Positions 1-11,500 of a stretch of DNA of 64,000 bases are shown in pieces. Under the pieces are notes generated by a model. That model ran no database searches. It was given only the letters and a program-made list of their open reading frames with translations, and was not told the DNA's origin. Made by a program: the position numbers and the translations under genes. How positions within the stretch are numbered: the first letter of the stretch is position 1; every line of letters starts with the position of its first letter. Source of the DNA: Octopus sinensis (taxonomy: Eukaryota); NCBI RefSeq assembly GCF_006345805.1, contig NC_043008.1, positions 46,500,001 to 46,564,000 of the forward strand. The letters run 5' to 3'.

Positions 1-123
1 TTATAATTTCCAATTTAAACTAATGTGTAGGACAGCAACTATCCACCCTTACTAGAGGAGGCAACGGTGCTATCAAATCATGTATATGTATATATTCAAA
101 ATAAGCAACAAGAATGACTCCGG

Positions 124-216
124 TAATTTGGTACGATCGTTTCGTACTACATCATTTTATTAAATGTTGTAATACTTACAACAGATTTAAGATAGTGAGT
201 ACTCATCAGATAATTA
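124..216 (-). ncRNA. Type I hammerhead ribozyme with extended stem II (copy A)
   Basis: Minus strand reads CUGAUGA-GUAC...GUAC-GAAAC-GAUC-GUA. Stem III is the palindrome ACGAUCGU. Stem I is partly mismatched. Confidence 0.8.
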
Positions 217-803
217 TAGATGTTATCCATTAATACAAAAAATTTCGAATCAAGTGGCAACATTGTAGAGAAGGTAGATATACAGACAAAGATGTGGATT
301 TAAATTTTAAGAACATATTAGGTAGTGAAGTCTTTCCACTGACTGACTAAGATATGGTTGTTCCTAACTGCTGTAAGGCTAGAAGCAATAAAGATTGTTT
401 AATTGTAGAAATGGGGTAAAGGAGGTTTCAGAACTCCATAAAAGGAATTCATGATAAAAACAGCAATTGCCACTAATAAATGCCAATTACTGCTATTTGA
501 TGAGAGAAACTAGGTCAATGTCAAATGGTCCCAATCCCATTCACAGACAGTGTAATTTAAAGAAAAAAAGGGGAAAAAAACCTATCACTTATTATTATGA
601 ATAGGCATAGTAATTTTTAATTGGGGGAAAGTCTTATTAATTTTAAAGCTAGATTAATTTTAGAAACAAATTCAATTTCAAGCTTACAGTGAAGTTTTCT
701 TAGTCATCTATGAATGTTAAATTGAAAGCTAGCATAGTATATTTCTTCTTATTTGATTATAAAGAATTAAAATTTGAAATATATAGGAATACTCACAAAA
801 TTA

Positions 804-1452
804 TTATTTAAAGTATTTAAACGTTCGGGTTGTGGAATGTATACAAGATGCTCCCAACTCAAGACGATTATTTAACAGATTTATATTACTCTGATGTTTT
901 AAAATTTCATAAGTTTCCATCGAACAAAGTTGACAACCTTCCCTACTATTTCTATAATGTTGCGCCCTTCTAACTATATCCTATTTTATGTTTAATTCTA
1001 TATTATTTGTTTTTAGTTCCCAAATTTTGCTAGATAGTGTTGTGCAACCTGCCTTATGTTTGAGCCTAAAAGAGGAAAGATGATTGTTAAGACGTCTTTT
1101 AAGATCCACCGAACAACCGAAATAAAGAAAGCTATTGCTAGAAGTTATTATAGTGCATTTATAAATTACGTTTTGGACCGAACAACCAGAAACCGGACAT
1201 TTTGATATAATCCTACAATTACAACTGGGGGGATAGTGTCCGGTACTGGAATTATTTAAGGACAGTTCACTTACATTACTGTTATTTAAATTATTATTAG
1301 TATTAGTATTACATTCATTACTAGTAATCACGTTGTTATGCAAATTAGGGTTATTAGTTATTAATCCATCCTCACGATCATCACTTGCCATACTTTTATC
1401 TCTACTACCTATATTATTGGTATTGATATTATCACTATTTACATCAATGTTG

Positions 1453-1504
<52 letters not shown>

Positions 1505-1552
1505 CATTATTATTGTCATCATCATTATTAATATTATTTTTATTATTACCAC

Positions 1553-1612
<60 letters not shown>

Positions 1613-2520
1613 TGTTAATGCTACTATTACAATTATTATTACTATCATTGTTGTTACTATTCATTCTACTCCTGGCTAACTTAATGTTTTTACTATTAAG
1701 TCTAGCTATTATAGTAGCCATGTTTGGGAGTGTGGAATATCACATTCTTACTGATCTAGAAATTATTTCATGATGCTTATTGGAGACTGGGAAATTTTTT
1801 CCAGTATAGATTTAAATCTACTGTACACATTCGTCGAGATCGGTTAATTAAAGGGGATATTTAGACAAATGATATTTTCACTTTGATAGTTTTTAAGCAC
1901 GAGTGGGAAGGATTAGTGTTATCAGTATTCATACGAGAATTATTATTCCTTTTAGTACTATTTTTATGCCTATCGAGTTTATCTAGGTTAGCATTTTCAT
2001 AATTGTTTATGATCTGTTCACTATTTTTATTCCTATAATTAGGTTTATACACTAGGTTCTTTTTCTCTATTAATTTATGTTTATTTAGGGTATGAAAGTT
2101 TATATTACTTACGTCATTTACATTCACTACATTATTTAGGAGATTTGAGCTATCCATATCAAGGAAGGTGATTTCCTGGTCATATCCAGCCTTGGATAAT
2201 GCAATTTTGTAATGGTTAGAGTGAGAGTTAAAGATTTCACTATTTGATGATAATTTTGAAATTCTTTGAGAAATATTTTTTCTACTGATTTTAGTATATT
2301 CGGGGGGTGATTAGATGACTTACTTAGATATCTAGTGACTTCGCCCTCCTTCCTAAATGGGTAATTTAACATTGAATTTAGGTCTAAGGTAACGTCTAGG
2401 AAATTAACTATCTTAGTGTTAGGTTCATAACTAATGCCTAGGTTAAACTCTTTGAAAAATTGCTAATTTTCCTTTTTATCCTCTCAATACTTGATTTATT
2501 AGTGCTACGTACGACAAACA
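804..2520 (-). pseudogene. Disrupted PLE RT-GIY-YIG polyprotein with frameshifts and premature stops
   Basis: ORFs 2136-2372, 1861-2157 and 981-1721 join across frameshifts. Past the TAG at 981 (W in copy D) the frame continues DIVRRAQHYRNSREGCQLCSMETYEILKH...TFKYFK* to 804. It contains CNCR..CPVSGC, VIYKC, LYFG and R..NH. Confidence 0.88.
1455..1640 (-). repeat. (AAT)n microsatellite in frame within the PLE ORF (poly-Asn)
   Basis: Long (TTA)n on the plus strand, translated as a poly-N run in ORF 981-1721. Confidence 0.95.
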
Positions 2521-2558
2521 AAGCATAATTCATTTGAATCTAAATTTTTGTGCTGTAT

Positions 2559-2565
2559 ATGTATG

Positions 2566-2612
<47 letters not shown>

Positions 2613-2880
2613 TATATATATGTGTTGTGTGTGTGCGTGTCTGTATATGTATGCATATATATATATGTATATGTATGCATATATATATATATATGTATAT
2701 GTATGCATATATATATATGTATATGTATACATGTATATATATATGTATGTATATGTATGTATACATGTATATATATATGTATGTATATGTATGCATACAT
2801 ATACGTATACATATAACTATAAATGTATACACATGTATGTTAATATGTGTGTGTATGCCTTCTTGTGTGTGTGTGTGTGT
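2559..2880. repeat. Compound (TA)n/(TATG)n/(TG)n microsatellite
   Basis: Directly visible. Confidence 0.95.
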
Positions 2881-3362
2881 CAGTGTATGTGCACGCTTAC
2901 GTTCATGTGTGCGTGGTGTCTATTTGCATTTATAATTCAGAACATCCGCATAACCCTTCCGCATTTATTATTAGTTTACTGTATAATATCATTGAAAGAT
3001 ATCATAGGGGAATTACTAAAAAGCTAGTCTTTTATTTGTGTCGTTTTGTTAATGTATTTCACAAATTAGTTTTAAGTGACTAGTAAATGAATGCAGGATT
3101 TTATACTATGCCTTATTTCTGGTTCAATGAATTTAACTGCATAAATTATAAAAAAGAAAATAAAACTTTTGCAATTCATTCGATATCGCAAACAAAGAGC
3201 AAAAGAGATAGCTACAGAACAACTTAGGGCAACACGAAAAGAAAGAGGCTATCAACGGATCACAATATATTTTCTAGTAGCACACAATCTAATTCACAAA
3301 AATATTTTTAGCATTATCAAAAATCAACATCCTCACGTTCTTGTATTTCATGTTTGGATTAA

Positions 3363-3395
<33 letters not shown>

Positions 3396-3414
3396 CATAT
3401 ATATATTATATATA

Positions 3415-3449
<35 letters not shown>

Positions 3450-3863
3450 CTCTTTTACTCTTGTACTCTTTTACTTGTTTCAGTCATTTGAATGCGGCCA
3501 TGCTGGAGCACCACCTTTAGTCGAGCACATCGACCCCGGACTTATTCTTTGTAAGCCCAGTACTTATTCTATCGGTCTCTTTTGGCCGAACCGCTATGTG
3601 ACGGGGACGTAAACACACCAGCATCGGTTGTCAAATGATGGTGGGGGGACAAACAGACTCACAAACATATACACACACTTACATATATACATACATATAT
3701 ACAACAGGCTTCTTTCAGTTTCCGTCTACCAAATCCACTCACAAGGCATTAGTCGGCCCGAGGCTATAGCAGAATACACTTGCCCAAGATGCCACGCAGT
3801 GGGACTGAACCTGGAACCAAGTGGTTGGTAAGCAAGCTACTTACCACACGCCACTCTTGCGCT
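3450..3863 (-). mobile_element. tRNA-derived SINE
   Basis: Minus-strand head with A-box-like TGGCGTGTGG and B-box GGTTCAGTCC, a conserved body, and a tail GGTGCTCCAGCATGGCC...(AAAGAGT)n. A second copy lies at 7105-7574. Confidence 0.88.
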
Positions 3864-4043
3864 TATATATATATATATATATTATATATATATATATTAT
3901 ATATATACTTATAGTAACAAACCTCACTGCATTAATGTATTTAAAAATATATATATTTTGTATTAATTTTTTACCTTACTTGGTTTTACACGCTGGCTAT
4001 TACTTGTACAATCTCATAACTTTTATCCTCATATTTAATAATA

Positions 4044-4104
<61 letters not shown>

Positions 4105-4188
4105 ATATGAGGATAATATCGATAATTTTGATACATAAATATGTGGCCAGCATGGAAGAAATACCGTGCAAAGGTAAAAAATTTTAAC

Positions 4189-4510
4189 AATTAAAAATGA
4201 GGGTGTCTAATAGACACCAACATATGTATGTATGTATGACGCTCGTATATGTAAGTATATCGTTTGCTATGCATATATATATCTGTATTTATGTACCCTT
4301 GATATATTCAATTGATGACGGTAACGCTTATTTAAAGCAAAACCAGAAATCCTGCGATCTTGAATTATTCAATAATTTTTGCTTGTATGTTTTGTCCCCT
4401 CGCTTTATCTCATGGTGCGATATGAACACTTAACGTGGTTTTATAGTCAGAATTTCGACTGCTATTTCGGCATGTTGGTGTCTATTAGACACCCTCATTT
4501 TTAATTATAT
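4189..4510 (+). mobile_element. Mini PLE pLTR-like unit: hammerhead (4306-4365) plus leader, with a 35-bp perfect inverted terminal copy
   Basis: AUUCAA-uUGAUGA-CGGU..ACCA-GAA-AUC(CUGC)GAU-C-UUGAAU folds as an HHR with a C3U change. 4189-4223 is the exact reverse complement of 4472-4506. Confidence 0.6.
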
Positions 4511-4512
4511 CT

Positions 4513-4558
<46 letters not shown>

Positions 4559-5151
4559 ATATATATAGTATATATATATATGTATATATATATGTATATA
4601 TATGTTTATAAGTATATAATGTATTTATACATATATGTTTATGTATATATGTATATATAATGTATATATATATATAATGTATATACATATAATATATAAT
4701 GTATATACATATATATTAATGTATCTTATATATAATGTATATATATATAATATATATATATATATAATATTTAATGTATATACATATATTATATATTAAT
4801 ATATATACACATATATATATATATAATGTATATAATATTTATATAATGTATATGCATATAATATTTATATATATATATGCATATATATATATATAATGTA
4901 TATACATATATATATATAATGTATATGCATATATATATATATATAATGTATATAATATATATATAATGTATATACATATATATATATAATGTATATACAT
5001 ATATATATATATGATGTATATACATAATATATATATTAAGTATATACATATATATATATATATATATATAATGTATTACATACATATATATATACATATA
5101 TATATATATAATGTATATACATATATATATATAAAATGTATATACATACAT

Positions 5152-5191
<40 letters not shown>

Positions 5192-5220
5192 GATATATAT
5201 ATATAATATTATATATATAA
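4511..5220. repeat. Large compound (TA)n microsatellite with AATGTATATACATATAT subunits
   Basis: Directly visible. Confidence 0.95.
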
Positions 5221-5440
5221 GGTAATTAAAACATGAAACCATAAGGAGAAATCACAACAACGCGAGGATGTGTAACAAGTATAGTGTTATTGAACGCTCA
5301 GGAAAGGAAAGAAAGATGGAGGATTTAACGTTTTGAGTGGAGCTCTTCGTCAGAAACATAGGAAAACAAAAGATCCAACGAAGGGAAGACGGAGGAAAGA
5401 AATCGCGAATAATACACACGCGGTCACATATTGAATATAG
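5221..5440 (-). mobile_element. PLE pLTR fragment with degenerate minimal hammerhead (5324-5357)
   Basis: Minus strand reads CUGACGA-A-GAG(CUCCA)CUC-aAAAC-GUU, with G12 mutated. It shares the AACGCTC-containing leader with 9703, 28363 and 31683 and abuts (TA)n. Confidence 0.65.
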
Positions 5441-6112
5441 ATATAAAGAATATTTAGAAAATGGAGATGTAGCATTAATATAATTTCTCAATTGCAAAAA
5501 TCCTAAACATTCTCTTGCAGCTATTCAGTTTAGCCTAAAATTAAATTACCATAATTAAATCTTTTTATAAGGCAAAATCTCACCAGTGTGGTTGAAAAGA
5601 TACACCTCAGGTTATGAGGCGTTCTGTTTTCAAATCATCTCAAGAGATGGTCTGCTGTTTTAAAACACAATACCTTGTACCCTAAAGACTTTTTCATATC
5701 CCGAGCGTTAAACTAATACATCTGTTTGTCGTCTATATCACCTGTCTTCGTCTTTTGTTGTTTTTTTTGCGAATTTTCCCCATATATATGTGTGTGGGGG
5801 GAGGGTATGTATATTTCGGCCACTAAAGGCAAATTCACTGGAGTTATGAAGGAGAAAGTGATTCTTCTTTATGGTAAAAAGTGTAGAAACACCATATCTG
5901 GCACCAGTCGGATTAGAGAACTTATTTTCCACGGTAGCTGCAGTGAATTTGCGTTTAGCAGCTGAAATATATCACAAACATATTATGTCTATCTATCTAG
6001 CTCTAAGTATATATATGCATGTATGTATATATGTTTACATATGTATCTATGTATGTAAGTATATATGTATATATATATATATATGTATGTATATGTTTGT
6101 ATATATATACTT

Positions 6113-6146
<34 letters not shown>

Positions 6147-6250
6147 ATATATAAACATATATACGTATATACATATATAAACACAGATATACATATGTGT
6201 ATATATATGTATGTATATGTATATACATACACACACACACACACATATTA

Positions 6251-6298
<48 letters not shown>

Positions 6299-6321
6299 CA
6301 TGCATATATATATATAGTGTA

Positions 6322-6657
6322 TAGTGACCATCTTCAGTCAGATACTGACCATGGGTTTGCACCTAGAGACAAACCCTCTGAGGCACAAGTCTGGGCAAGG
6401 TTGTTTTTTATTGAAGACCAGCAGTCGCCCATGCATACTGGCCTCCCCTCTCCACGTCACCGATGTTGTCCAAGAGAAAGGCAAGGGCCGATACAGCTTG
6501 GCACCTGTGACGTCGCAACTCATTTCTACGGCTGAGTGAACTGGAGCAACGTGAAATAAAGTGTCTTGCTCAAGAACACAACACGCAGCCCGGTCCGGGA
6601 TTCGAGCTCACAACCTCACGATCGTGAGCTCGACGCTCTAACCACTGAGCCACGCGC
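6322..6657 (-). mobile_element. tRNA-derived SINE (second family)
   Basis: Head GCGCGTGGCTCAGTGGTTAGAGCG...GCTCGAATCCCGG with A/B boxes, followed by CTTGAGCAAGACACTTTATTTCACGTTGCTCCAG. Confidence 0.85.
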
Positions 6658-7104
6658 GTATATATATATACATGCATATATTGATGCATATATGCTGTAT
6701 ATATTTTGATATACATGTATATTTATATCTATGTATATATGCACCTGTATATTTGCTATTTCGTATATCTGTGTATATACTTTATTTACCCCGTATTAAT
6801 TCACAAAGAAGAGCAATGAGGTGTAGTTACCGTGAGAATATAATTCTGTAAAGTTCAAATGATTTCTGTGATGTTTATGTTCCAGTGTCATCGTATACAA
6901 CTTTATTGCTGTAGATACAATTTTTCCTCATCCGTTTGACCTTCCTGCCTTTACATATTTATCCATGAATTTTTAGAATTTTTAATTTATTAGATGCTTT
7001 GTCCCACAATTATCCATCTGTGAAATTGCGTTGCCATAAATTTATTTTATATTATTTGCTTATCTTTATATACATACATACATATATATATATATTTATA
7101 TATT

Positions 7105-7371
7105 CTCATTATTCATTTACTTGTTTCAGTCATTTGACTGTGGCCATGCTGGAGCACCGCCTTTAGTCGAGATAATTGACCCCAGGACTTATTCTTTGTA
7201 AGCCTAGTACGTATTCTATCGGTCTGTTTTGCCGAACCGCTAAGTTACGTAGACGTAAACACGCCACCATCGGTTGTCAAGCTATGTTGGGCGGGGGGAC
7301 AAACACAACACACAAACATACACACGTTTATATATATACATATAATATATATATATATATTATATATATAT

Positions 7372-7409
<38 letters not shown>

Positions 7410-7574
7410 CGACGGGCTTCTTTTCAGTTTCTGTCTACCAAATCCACTCACAAGGCTTTGGTCGCTCCGAGGCTATAGTAGAAGACAATTGCTCAATGTG
7501 CCACGCTGTGGGACTGAACTCGGAACCATGTGGTCGGTAAGCAAGCTACTTACCACAAAGCCACTCCTACGCCT
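7105..7574 (-). mobile_element. tRNA-derived SINE (same family as 3450-3863)
   Basis: Aligns end to end with 3450-3863, with an internal (TA)n expansion. Confidence 0.88.
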
Positions 7575-8059
7575 ATATATAATATTTACTTTTACTTTAT
7601 AATTTTTTATATTTTCTTCCTTTTGTCTAGTTTATATGAGGGATAGTGATTTTCTGAACTTCTATCTTGTACTTTAACTTACTTGATCTGAGTGTAATCA
7701 GATGTGAAGAAAATATGTTTTCTTTAATAGTAGCAACACAATATATCTGATAGAAACGTTTATGTTTCATTGACCAAATCGCTATAATTTTGTCCAGATG
7801 CGGCCTTCCACATATTATGTATGTAAGAAGTGGAACTGTAGTGCATATTTCGAATTAACCCGTTCATATAACAAAGTTATTCTGGTGATCTGAGGATCTC
7901 ACTATCGTTATTAGTATTTATTTCTGAGTATACAATTGTATTTCCCAATGCTGTGTAACCGCATTAATGCAAATATGTGCGTATGGATAGTAACATGAAT
8001 ACTACATAAATTGTACTGCGAAACGGCTGTAATCATGTGGACATCAGACGGCTAAACAG

Positions 8060-8074
8060 ATATATACATATATA

Positions 8075-8162
<88 letters not shown>

Positions 8163-8457
8163 TATATATATATATAATATTATGTATATATATATATGTA
8201 TTATATATATATATGTATATATATATGTATATATATATATGTATATATATATATGTATATATATATACATATATATATACATATATATATAGATACATAA
8301 ATATATATATACATTATATATATATATATACATATATATATACATATATATATATATATACATATATATATACATATATACATATATATATATACATATA
8401 TATATACATATATACATATATATATATATACATATATATATATACATATATATATAC

Positions 8458-8488
<31 letters not shown>

Positions 8489-8492
8489 CATA

Positions 8493-8523
<31 letters not shown>
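8060..8523. repeat. (TA)n/(TATATAC)n microsatellite
   Basis: Directly visible. Confidence 0.95.
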
Positions 8524-8530
<7 letters not shown>

Positions 8531-8822
8531 TTAGGGACAAAACCACTATTTTGCAAGACAAACAAGGAAAGACTTAATCAATACATATTTTTTTTACTTT
8601 TTTTTACTTTTTTTTACCTTTTTTTACTTTTTTTTACTTTTTTTATTTTTTGTTTTTTTAACTTTTTATTAAAATTTTATGTATTGATTAAGTCTTTCCT
8701 TGTTTGTTTTGCAAAATAGTGGTTTTGTCTCTAATTAATATTATATAATATTTTACTATAAAATTGGATTTAATCCTAAATCTGATTTTTTCCCTGTAAA
8801 TTTGGATTTATTCCCTAATATT

Positions 8823-8826
<4 letters not shown>
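8524..8826. repeat. Asymmetric inverted repeat (about 64-bp arms, (TTTTTTAC)n spacer) between two (TA)n tracts; probable PLE leader fold-back
   Basis: 8524-8586 is the reverse complement of about 8678-8742 with 2 mismatches. The right arm extends about 85 bp further. Confidence 0.7.
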
Positions 8827-8867
<41 letters not shown>

Positions 8868-9334
8868 CCTGTCATATCACATGAAATTATATTTTTTACC
8901 ACATCTCACACAATAATTTTATCGCCCTGACTTTTTTCTGGATTTTCGATTACATGGGTGCCTCACGTTACGCAACTTTCTGATGAATTTCTGTTCGGAG
9001 TGATATCAGGGTTCATAAACGGAGCTGACTGTCATCTTCGCACAAATCTCTGAATACATGTCTTATACTACGTATTTACACACATACACATACGTGCATA
9101 CGTGTGCACACACACAAATACTGACGCACGGTCGCACACGCACACACACATACACACACACATACTCACATTTACATATATACATTCCTCTGGAAAGCTA
9201 ATGGAAGCAAGTTATCTACCAAAGCAACATCAGCCGTTTTCGTGTAATTTCATATCGTGCTACACTGAAACGTAATGAGCTGAGATAATCAGCAAACATG
9301 GTAATAGAGAAATCTAGTGACAGACAGACAGACA

Positions 9335-9368
<34 letters not shown>

Positions 9369-9702
9369 TACGTAATATGTTAATAGTGAAACATGTATGC
9401 GAATAATCCATATTCTTATTGCCTTTTCATTTGTCTTGCTCGATTACGTTTTGGTTGTGTTGCTAAATTTTTCTTGATATCATTATTTAGTGGTAAGACC
9501 ATAGCGGATCTATTTCTATCATAAGGGTGTCCACATAGTGGTTTCCCTCTAATATATATATCATATATTTTTACTGAACATTCAGTTTGTTTTTATATGC
9601 TAGACCACTGGTGTGAAATCGATGTTAATTAAATTAATATCTAATTTCTCACCCTCATTTTAAATGTGTATATATATATATAGATATATATATATATTAT
9701 AT

Positions 9703-9865
9703 AGTTGAAATTTACAGAAAAACAAAAGATGAAGACAGGTGTATTAGTTTAACGCTCGTGAAGGTGAGAAGATATTTTACTTTTCGAAGCTACGCTCTTC
9801 AACAGAAAGGAACACGAAGAAATAAAAAGAGAAAGAATTAGAAAAAAAAAACCTTTGGAGCTAAG
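9703..9865 (-). mobile_element. PLE pLTR fragment with degenerate minimal hammerhead
   Basis: Minus strand reads CUGUUGA-A-GAGC(GUA)GCUUC-GAAAAGUA. Homologous to 31683-31870. Confidence 0.6.
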
Positions 9866-10429
9866 GCTCAATCATGGCAGTTGATAGGTAGATAAGCTGA
9901 CAAGTAGAAAGATGTGCATAAATACAAAAATACGCTGACACCATGTATACATTCATAACATGAAATGCTAATCCAGAGAAGAGAATGCAGTTTACAAAAT
10001 CTCTATATTCTACTGTAAATGGTATTATATTCTTTATCTGATCAACAGATGTGACTCCCATTTATACATGTAAATAGTCACATACACTCTATCATATTTA
10101 TCTTTAGATGTAATACATGTATGTATTTATGAACGTACAGCAAAACCGTTAGACGCTTAAAACTTTAATGCAACTGATTCAAAACCTGCAGCGATCATCT
10201 TCTGTGGCAAACGTACAGTTTCCATTTTTCAGTAGTTGGCTAAAATATTTAAGAGTGTAGAGCGTCGTGTATGGAACCCAAAATAGAGTCTTATGTGTAA
10301 GAAAAATATTTACGTACAACCCTTGTAGAATATAGGCATGTGCAGAAGTAGCGGAAAAACTCTTCGTTTCAGATGTATTATATTGACGTGAAAGCTCCAT
10401 TAACTTTTAAGATGGGAAAGAATCATATA

Positions 10430-11500
10430 CTGCTTCGTTCTTAAATTAGCTTTTTAACCAAGATATTTAACCTCAATATTGATAATATAATCCCATCAAT
10501 TCGGCAAATTGTTGATTCCTTGGACATAAAAGTTTTCAGGTTTGAAGGAATAGAAACAGTTAATGTCATTTGCAACCACATCCAAATGAACAAACTGTTT
10601 TCCCTCCAAATAATGCTGCAATGATCCCAAAAGATGGTACTTTGAAAGTCCGGAGCGTAAGGAGAATGAGATAAATCTTCCACATTTTGAACCAAAATCT
10701 TTTCTCGAGTGACTTGGGTCGTATGTGGTCTTGCCTTATCATGTGTAAGAAACGATTAACGAACGATCGGTGTTTTTCTGTAAATGCTTCTGCAATGCTT
10801 CCAGTTGACAACTCTACATATCCGCATTAACTCCTTCCTTTCAGTTCGCCTCTTCAAGGCAGACGATATCATTCCTATCTCACCAAACGTAGAACATAAC
10901 ATTTTGTGGCTGTAATCCTGGTTCGGGAGTGGATTTTCCTTCTTTACGGTTGCTAATCATCGTCCTTTCTGTTGGATATGATTCAAGAACACCCTCTTTT
11001 CCTTATTTATTATCATTTTACACAAAAGAAGTCTGGTGACGTATCTAATCGTCATGGACGCGCAGAGGGTAACCCTTTCATTAAGGTGAGAAGCAGTCAG
11101 ATTATGAAGGGCGCACTGACCAGGTTAAGACACTTTTTCTATTTCTTGAAGGTGTTTCCTAAACGAAGGTAGACTTAGATTTACTGTTTTTTTTTTTAAT
11201 TACTAATTTTCTAGGAGTTTACTCTGGATTTTCCACGGAAGTCATTTTCAGAAGCTCGATATTGGCAGAACATGGTCGGCCGGATAGAGAGGTAACGGAA
11301 AATGTTCTGCATGAAACTGCCAAACCATGTTCAGACATTTAGAACTTCATTTCCATAGACAGAACGAATATTTCTAGCTGCTTGTCTCGTTGAAGAATCC
11401 TTCTGAATTCCTACCTCATACAGTGTCTGATATGAGTTCCATCGAAACTCAGTTTCAAAAGGCAAAATCGATATGAATTTAACTGTTATATGTAAAGTAC
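10430..11500 (-). mobile_element. Degenerate mariner transposase remnant
   Basis: HIRHCM..EF and SGRP near 11270-11440. QDHIRP (equivalent to HDNARPH) and HSPYAPD..FWDH..L(E)G.QF..INNLPNRW at 10440-10800. Confidence 0.75.

Larger units (their letters stand above)
97..2558 (-). mobile_element. Penelope-like element copy A: 5'-truncated, with RT C-terminus, linker, GIY-YIG endonuclease, 3' UTR and hammerhead
   Basis: Minus-strand translation gives RT-end motifs (IERIKRK..IVNFLDVTLDL..SNHPPNILK), the linker and a GIY-YIG domain homologous to the 60367-61554 ORF. It ends in CATTCTTGTTGCTT like copies B and D. (TA)-rich flanks. Confidence 0.9.

Noticed and set aside
6580-6657. tRNA gene calls for SINE heads (also 56330-56406)
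   Set aside because: They continue into SINE bodies and lack a proper acceptor stem.
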